The position numbers and the translations under genes are program-made. Under the pieces are notes generated by a model. That model was not told the DNA's origin, did not search any database, and saw only the letters and a list, made by a program, of their open reading frames with translations. Below are positions 58,338-64,000 of a stretch of DNA of 64,000 nt, in pieces. The DNA comes from a virus. Position 1 is the stretch's first letter. Every line of letters starts with the position of its first letter. The stretch spans positions 1 to 64,000 of the IMG/VR virus record IMGVR_UViG_3300049582_000032. The stretch is one strand, 5' to 3'.

Positions 58338-58521
58338 GATCGGCTCCTGTCGAGTAGCCAAGCAGGTTGAGCAGGAACACGATCACCACGATAACGGCGA
58401 CGATCACAACCAGCACGTTCAGTAGCTGCTTTATCTTCGGGTCCATCGGCAAATAGGTATTCACAGCCCACAGAGCAACGCCAACCAGAATGATGACGAT
58501 AACAAGCGTAAGCAGCGACAT
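58324..58521 (-). CDS. Small two-helix membrane protein (Thivi_2564-like)
   Basis: LVIVIILVGVALWAVNTYLPMDPKIKQLLNVLVVI. Confidence 0.7.
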   Translation of the reverse strand: MSLLTLVIVIILVGVALWAVNTYLPMDPKIKQLLNVLVVIVAVIVVIVFLLNLLGYSTGADLRLH

Positions 58522-58585
58522 CCCAGGCTCCATCGGAAAACGCCAAGCATAGACCCAAATCGTGGATCACGTCAAGGAAAGAAAA

Positions 58586-59428
58586 ATGACTGGAAAATGT
58601 AGCGTTGAGAGGTGCGATAGACCTGTTAGGGTCAAGTCTCGTGGATGGTGCTCAATGCATTACCAGAAGTGGCATAGGCACGGAGACCCGCTTGGTCTTG
58701 CTATCCGTGAGGAGCGGAAGTGCTCAGTGGATGGTTGCGGTCGGAGACATAAAGGCAAGAGTTTCTGTGAGAAACATTTAAGGATATACAATAACCATGG
58801 AGACCCGTTAGGCGGAAGGCAGAAGTTTGTTGGTTATGGCCTAACATGCAGCATTGAAGGGTGCTACCGGGAACATCGAAGTAACGGTTATTGTGAGGCA
58901 CACTACAAGAGGGCCAGAAAGTATGGCTCGCCGCTTTCTGGAAAAACTTACAAGGGTCAGTTGCCTAAGTGGATAGATGAGAACGCGCATTATGCTTCTG
59001 ATGAATGTCTTATATGGCCATATTCTAAATCAAAGCAAGGCTATGGGCAGATTAAAGTAGGCGGAGTGATGCAAAGTGTACATGTTATAATGTGTAAGAG
59101 GACACATGGCCCAAAACCTACACCTGATCATGTAGCGAGGCATCTGTGCGGGAACGGCCACCTTGGGTGCGTAAACCCAAAGCATCTAGTATGGGGCACG
59201 ATGAAAGAAAACAATGCAGACATGATGATACATGGCACATCAAGAAGAGGCATCGGTACATATGCATCTCAACTAACAGAAAATGACGTGCTTAACATAG
59301 TCGATATGATTAACTATGGCATGAAAAAAGTAGACATTACGAATCAACTCGGCATACCTGCTTCTGTAATATATAGAATCAGCTATGGAGGAGCTTGGTC
59401 ATGGCTGACTGGCAGGAAAAACAGATGA
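58586..59428 (+). CDS. HNH homing endonuclease with three N-terminal Cys/His zinc-finger repeats
   Basis: CSV..C...C..HY...RHGDP x3; CLIWP, GYG, RHLCGN...CVNPKHL..GT..EN. Confidence 0.85.
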   Translation: MTGKCSVERCDRPVRVKSRGWCSMHYQKWHRHGDPLGLAIREERKCSVDGCGRRHKGKSFCEKHLRIYNNHGDPLGGRQKFVGYGLTCSIEGCYREHRSNGYCEAHYKRARKYGSPLSGKTYKGQLPKWIDENAHYASDECLIWPYSKSKQGYGQIKVGGVMQSVHVIMCKRTHGPKPTPDHVARHLCGNGHLGCVNPKHLVWGTMKENNADMMIHGTSRRGIGTYASQLTENDVLNIVDMINYGMKKVDITNQLGIPASVIYRISYGGAWSWLTGRKNR

Positions 59429-59431
59429 TAG

Positions 59432-59463
59432 GCCGGGCTCTATCAAGACACCGAGAGCCCGGC
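59432..59463. terminator. Hairpin between convergent genes
   Basis: GCCGGGCTCT...AGAGCCCGGC. Confidence 0.6.
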
Positions 59464-59470
59464 TGCTATA

Positions 59471-60043
59471 CTACGAGATCAGAACGTCTGTGCTTATGTG
59501 AACTTGGTATTCCCACGTGCCATCGTTCCCGTAATCCCCAACCTCATAGACAAGTTCATTAGCCTTGTTATATTCATATACGAAGCGGTCTTGCCATTCG
59601 AAATTTCCGTCACCTTCTCCATCGTATTCCGTAAGGCGCTCGATGACGTTTCCTCTTTTGTCGAGAGTCACGGTGCTGCGATAGGCGCTATCGAAATCAA
59701 GTTGCCCGTCGTTTTCTCCGTCATTGTCATACTGTGTAAGTTCGGAAACCTGGACGCCCTTCTTGAATTCGTATTCAGACACAGAACGCCAGTCAACAAC
59801 GCCGTCGCCTGTATAGTCGCCTTGGTTGACGGCCTTGATTATATTTCCTTTGCGGTCGAACGTGTTATCCGTCCACGCCGAGTAATCTATTGTTCCATTC
59901 ATATCATAATCTTGCGCCCATTTGTACTGTATCTGGTTCCCTTTTCTGTCGAAAGTAGTTGTTTCATAGGCAACACTGTCGGTTACTCCATCACCGTTAT
60001 GATCGTACGAGTATGTCTTTGTGACTGTTTTGTTTCTTGCCAT
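59471..60043 (-). CDS. Acidic beta-hairpin repeat protein with DxxGDG motifs (YD-like), third paralog
   Basis: About five 29-aa repeats D.NGDG..D....T.TFDRKGN; AGGAG RBS. Confidence 0.78.
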   Translation of the reverse strand: MARNKTVTKTYSYDHNGDGVTDSVAYETTTFDRKGNQIQYKWAQDYDMNGTIDYSAWTDNTFDRKGNIIKAVNQGDYTGDGVVDWRSVSEYEFKKGVQVSELTQYDNDGENDGQLDFDSAYRSTVTLDKRGNVIERLTEYDGEGDGNFEWQDRFVYEYNKANELVYEVGDYGNDGTWEYQVHISTDVLIS

Positions 60044-60246
60044 CTGAATGCTCCTGATAATAAAAATCAATCACAGGTAGATTGACAGCTACTATTTTAC
60101 ACCTATAGGAAAATGCACGTCAAGAAGAAGATGTCTTGAAGATAAGGCATCAGCCAAGGCCCCCGCAGCGTCACCCCATCCATAAAAGAGTTGACATGGC
60201 CAATGCAGCATGGTAGGGTTGCTCTATCAGAACATGGAGAGACAGC

Positions 60247-60687
60247 ATGAAATTTAACCAAACACTTACCGTTGAGTTCATGGGGCCTGAGCCACGGCAA
60301 GCAACGCCAGGGGCAGCGGCCTTCGATCTGGTAGCGGATATCAATGAAGAGATTGAAGCCCCCTACTTCGAGTCAATCATCGTGCCAACAGGAACCGCCG
60401 TCGCTATACCTTACGGATATGCTGGCCTGATCCTGCCGAGATCGGGCTTATCCAGGGACGGCCTTGTGATTTGCAACTCTCCTGGCTTGATCGACAGCGA
60501 CTACAGGGGGGTGATTGGAATCATCGTGAAGCGGCGGTGGCTCTTTAAGAGCATGAAGGTAAAGCCGCAAATGCGACTGGCTCAGCTTCTAATCATCCCT
60601 GTGCAGCAAGTGGCGTTTGAGCGCGTCACAAGCTTGACACTTACAGTGCGTGGTTCGGGTGGTTTTGGAAGCACGGGAGAGACATAA
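60247..60687 (+). CDS. dut: Trimeric dUTPase
   Basis: AAFDL, PRSGL, GLIDSDYRG, RLAQL, RGSGGFGSTG. Confidence 0.95.
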   Translation: MKFNQTLTVEFMGPEPRQATPGAAAFDLVADINEEIEAPYFESIIVPTGTAVAIPYGYAGLILPRSGLSRDGLVICNSPGLIDSDYRGVIGIIVKRRWLFKSMKVKPQMRLAQLLIIPVQQVAFERVTSLTLTVRGSGGFGSTGET

Positions 60688-61004
60688 TGGAACCGCTGAA
60701 GCTCATTGAAAAGAGTGAAAGTTGCGTTTGTGGGGGAATTTTTCCACCAGGATACGAAACTATTGGAATTGTTAGTGTCCTAGCCGTTATGGCTCTTGTG
60801 TTTATCTTTGGAATGTGGATTTACGGAACTTCCATTAATAGAGCACATAAGAGGTGGTTCAAAGGCTACGATGCTGGCAGAAACTATGCAAAGAATGTCA
60901 ATAAGCTTCACCCGGAAGTGCTAAGCAATCTCCATGATAAGGAGTTCATGGCAGGCTTCCTGAAAGGCTACAATAGCAACCTATTTCCCGAAAGGCTACA
61001 ATAG
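60687..61004 (+). CDS. Membrane-anchored hypothetical protein
   Basis: One TM helix; 3' end altered by a 23-bp duplication. Confidence 0.55.
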   Translation: MEPLKLIEKSESCVCGGIFPPGYETIGIVSVLAVMALVFIFGMWIYGTSINRAHKRWFKGYDAGRNYAKNVNKLHPEVLSNLHDKEFMAGFLKGYNSNLFPERLQ

Positions 61005-61012
61005 CAACCTAT
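60962..61012. repeat. 23-bp direct repeat GAAAGGCTACAATAGCAACCTAT x2
   Basis: 60962-60984 and 60990-61012. Confidence 0.9.
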
Positions 61013-61139
61013 AGAGGCCAAACATAATCTAAAAAATCCCCCCTTGGTCCATACCTTGGGGGGAAATCCTCGCATATGACGCGAGGTAGGCGGGGCGGGT
61101 CGCTGAAGCAATAACGATACCGCCTCGCATTCGCCCCTG

Positions 61140-61652
61140 TCAAGCAAGATTTTCGTCGGTAGCGCGCTTGCGTTTGGCGCTAGCCTGTTTCTTCTCTTCA
61201 AGACGCCTGTACGCTTCCTTGGCCTCATCCCAATTCTCCGGTAGAGGAACACCCATGTCGGTTGCAGCCTTCTCCAGTGCAGGCACATGGCTTGGCATAA
61301 TCCTTACTGATCTCTTGGACATGCTCTTGAGCGATGCGATAGGGATACCGGAAGCCTCATGAAGCTCCTGCCAGCCTCCATATGTTCGCGCCAAGGCCGT
61401 GATGAACCGATTGAGCGCTGTCGCCCCCAGCCTCTGGTAAAGCTGCTTGGAAGTGAGCACTTCTTCCGGGACATCCGTTACACCCTTGTCGTTCGCCAGG
61501 GCAATGAGACCTGCCTTGTATCGTTCAAAGAAACCGTTCCTGATCTGGTTTGAAATGTTCGTATGTCCGGACTTGCCAAGCGCCTTGGCGACGGCTACAG
61601 AACCGCCCAGGTCCGTGATGAACTTCTTCCTTTGTAACTGCTCGTGATCCAC
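61140..61652 (-). CDS. Tandem Cro/HTH-like regulator
   Basis: Two FIT.L...GG...(VAKALG/LHEASG) units; divergent from the erf operon. Confidence 0.65.
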   Translation of the reverse strand: MDHEQLQRKKFITDLGGSVAVAKALGKSGHTNISNQIRNGFFERYKAGLIALANDKGVTDVPEEVLTSKQLYQRLGATALNRFITALARTYGGWQELHEASGIPIASLKSMSKRSVRIMPSHVPALEKAATDMGVPLPENWDEAKEAYRRLEEKKQASAKRKRATDENLA

Positions 61653-61708
61653 TTCTTGATCTCTCCCTCATGCATGAGTTGTCCGATCCTCGCTCTATAC
61701 ACCATCCC

Positions 61709-61738
61709 ATATGTCAAGTCAAGAATTGTGTTGACATT
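61709..61738. promoter_or_regulatory. Back-to-back -35 divergent promoter element, copy 2
   Basis: Identical to 23450..23479; minus-strand TTGACT-N17-TATAGA. Confidence 0.75.
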
Positions 61739-61798
61739 TCTGTTCGTGTCGGTTAGGCTTCGGTAGATAGAGAACCATCAAAACCAAGGAGTTGCAAC

Positions 61799-62677
61799 AT
61801 GGATGGCGCTTTGGAGCCGGCCTACGGGTTTCTGACAGTTACCGAGATTGGTGAGGTCGAGAAGCTTTATCCTATCCTTATGGCTGCACAAGCCGAGTTG
61901 CCGAAGATTGAGTTGAACGGGAAAGGACAGGTGGGAACTAGGAAATACAAGTACGCAACACTGCCGAACATTCTTGAAAAGATCCCCCCTGTTCTAAGGG
62001 ATCACGGCTTGCTCTATCGAGAGACGATTTTGCCCGTCACTGATCTTGGTGTGCTATACCTCAGAGCCGAACTGATCCATGTTGGGACAAAAGAAGCTCC
62101 AGGATCGTTTGCAAGGCTCGTGTCGCACTACCCTGTGTGCTCACTGGCAGAGAGGAACCAGCAGGAGATAGGAAAAGCCATTACGTATTCCAGACGCTAC
62201 ACGATGTCGCCCATGTTGGGAATCGTTGTAGAAGAGGATACAGATGGTGAAGGTGCCCCAACGGGAGATGATCCCAAACCATCATACAAGCCCGTAGCAA
62301 AACAGTCGGCAGTGGAACGTAAAGCAGCGGCTAAAGCCGAGGAACTGCCTGCACCAGATCCTGAGACAGGAGAGGTAGTTCCAGTCGAAAACCCTGACGT
62401 TACGCTAGGCAAGGAACTGCTGGCAACTGCCAAGAAGGATTCACTTGTACTGGAGGAGATCACAGCGGCACAGGACAGGGTAAAGCTCATCGTTGCCGAT
62501 AGCGCGCGCAATGCCCTGGAAACAGCGTTACTCATCCGCTCGTTCCTGACTGAGCAAACACATGACGCCATGGAACTTGCGAGAGATCAGTTGCCGAACC
62601 TACCAAAACATTGGAAGCCTGACTTCAAGAAGCTTATCGATAAGCGCGAAGCTGAGATCAAGAAGGGTACAGCATGA
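61799..62677 (+). CDS. ERF-family ssDNA annealing protein
   Basis: AQAE, YKYATL, QEIGKAITYSRRY....LGI...EDTDG. Confidence 0.88.
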   Translation: MDGALEPAYGFLTVTEIGEVEKLYPILMAAQAELPKIELNGKGQVGTRKYKYATLPNILEKIPPVLRDHGLLYRETILPVTDLGVLYLRAELIHVGTKEAPGSFARLVSHYPVCSLAERNQQEIGKAITYSRRYTMSPMLGIVVEEDTDGEGAPTGDDPKPSYKPVAKQSAVERKAAAKAEELPAPDPETGEVVPVENPDVTLGKELLATAKKDSLVLEEITAAQDRVKLIVADSARNALETALLIRSFLTEQTHDAMELARDQLPNLPKHWKPDFKKLIDKREAEIKKGTA

Positions 62678-63219
62678 GCCGCAACAAGAAAACTGGCATT
62701 TGGGCAAGATATCAAGACGGCTGGTTTATCCCGTTCTCAGGGGAATGTACTGATCGCTCCCTTGAGGACGGAAAGGTTTACCGTATCAAGATAGACGAGC
62801 AACGCTACTGGCCACGGCATGAGTGGTTTATGGCTTTCGTTCGGGAGGCATGGGAGAGCCTTCCAGATGAGGAGCACAACAAGTACCGGAATGCAGATCA
62901 TTTCCGCAAGCGTATGCTGATCGCAGCCGGATACGCCACAGTGCAGAAAATGCCAATGCCATCAGAGGAAGCGGCCACAATGATGGCGACATATCTAGGA
63001 AAGCTTACGGATGACTACAGCATCGTGACAACGGCTCAGAATGTCGTGATCGTGATGACGGCAAAGAGTCAATCCTTGGGCGATGTCGGGAAACCAACAG
63101 GTATGGAAAATGAGGAGGAGTTCAAACGTTCATGTAACGATGTAGTCGAGTGCATAGCGAGATTGTACGGCATAACACCAGATACGATAGCTAGATATAG
63201 GAACGGGCGCGACAGATGA
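62674..63219 (+). CDS. DUF1367/NinB-like protein
   Basis: R...RHEWFMA.V..AW, FRK..LI.AGY, AKS.S; follows erf. Confidence 0.6.
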   Translation: MSRNKKTGIWARYQDGWFIPFSGECTDRSLEDGKVYRIKIDEQRYWPRHEWFMAFVREAWESLPDEEHNKYRNADHFRKRMLIAAGYATVQKMPMPSEEAATMMATYLGKLTDDYSIVTTAQNVVIVMTAKSQSLGDVGKPTGMENEEEFKRSCNDVVECIARLYGITPDTIARYRNGRDR

Positions 63220-63455
63220 AATCTGACAGAAGCGCAATCCATTCTCTCGATGATGCGCTGATAGTGCTCGTTGAGCTTATTAAGTTTACACAAGAATTAT
63301 ACGATGTGGCAGGAAAGGAGGACAGAATGGAATACGAAACCATACTAAACAACTTACGACGGGCGCATGTTTCTTTGGTTCTCAAATGGGCCAAGGAACA
63401 TGGGTTTACAGAAAACACATTAGATGGAGTTGTTGGTAGCAATGAAGAGAACTAA
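63216..63455 (+). CDS. Hypothetical protein
   Basis: ATGA overlap. Confidence 0.5.
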   Translation: MKSDRSAIHSLDDALIVLVELIKFTQELYDVAGKEDRMEYETILNNLRRAHVSLVLKWAKEHGFTENTLDGVVGSNEEN

Positions 63456-64000
63456 CGAAGAGGTTTACAAAACCGGACAGGAATATGGTGTGGAGTTAGG
63501 AAGACACAGAAAGGACTACGGCATAAGAAACGTTTCTGACGCTATGGATGCCTTGAGTAAGAAAGGTGACACTCTTGGACTCTCCAGGGAAGATAGGCGA
63601 GAGTTCAATATGGGATTCTTCAACACGTTTGACCGCGCCAGAGAGCATGGCGTACAAGAGAAAGGCATCATCGCGAAGTCCGTTGAAAGAGCCAAGAACT
63701 GGATGGGCTTGGGCAGCATCAAGACCGAACCGCACGAGATCCACAAGCGGGAGCCTAAGTACGATACCGCCGTTCTTGCCAAGTCACAGGAGCGTACACA
63801 TCAGGACAACAAGCTAAACCCGTATATGGTCCGACCGGGCGACGTTAGGCCACAAACAGCGGAGCAGTCCAAGGCGTATGAAAGGCGTCTTGAAGTTGAA
63901 GGCAAAGCACAGGCCGCGAAGCAGGCCAAGCTTGCAAACGACATCGCTGCAATGCCTCAGCATAATGGCATGATCCGTGATAGTACCACTGGCGCAGGAG
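63442..64000 (+). CDS. Partial hypothetical protein (runs off window edge)
   Basis: Not in track; ATG 63442 MKRTNEEVYK..., open to the end. Confidence 0.6.
   Translation, partial: MKRTNEEVYKTGQEYGVELGRHRKDYGIRNVSDAMDALSKKGDTLGLSREDRREFNMGFFNTFDRAREHGVQEKGIIAKSVERAKNWMGLGSIKTEPHEIHKREPKYDTAVLAKSQERTHQDNKLNPYMVRPGDVRPQTAEQSKAYERRLEVEGKAQAAKQAKLANDIAAMPQHNGMIRDSTTGAG

Larger units (their letters stand above)
1..64000. mobile_element. Tailed dsDNA bacteriophage genome segment (whole window)
   Basis: Portal, major capsid, terminase, tail fibres, lysin and phage-type replication genes throughout; no host housekeeping operons. Confidence 0.95.

Overview
A 64 kb piece of a dsDNA tailed phage genome, probably podovirus-like. 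An alphaproteobacterial host is inferred from the CTTGAC-type promoters, the GTA-type holin and the GH108 lysin. The head block (P22-type portal, scaffold, N4-gp56-type major capsid) and a large set of repeat-rich tail fibre, tailspike and lectin genes lie at the left. The rest is a shuffled mix of nucleotide-metabolism genes (NrdJ, ThyX, dUTPase, dNMP kinase-like), replication/recombination genes (SF2 helicase, Toprim primase, beta clamp, SSB, Erf, YqaJ exonuclease, RepL-like proteins), lysis genes, many small early genes and two IS200/IS605 TnpB elements. Two observations stand out. (1) A structured intergenic RNA at ~41.7 kb, with its own candidate promoter and terminator, presents UUCUCCAG(C) in an apical loop. 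This is complementary to an unusual GCUGGAG ribosome-binding motif found 6-8 nt upstream of at least 14 non-structural start codons, suggesting one sRNA controlling translation of many genes. (2) The large terminase is split into two stand-alone genes 22.7 kb apart, with no intein or intron. No tRNA, rRNA, CRISPR array, integrase or DNA polymerase was recognised. All family assignments come from motif recognition by eye, not database searches.
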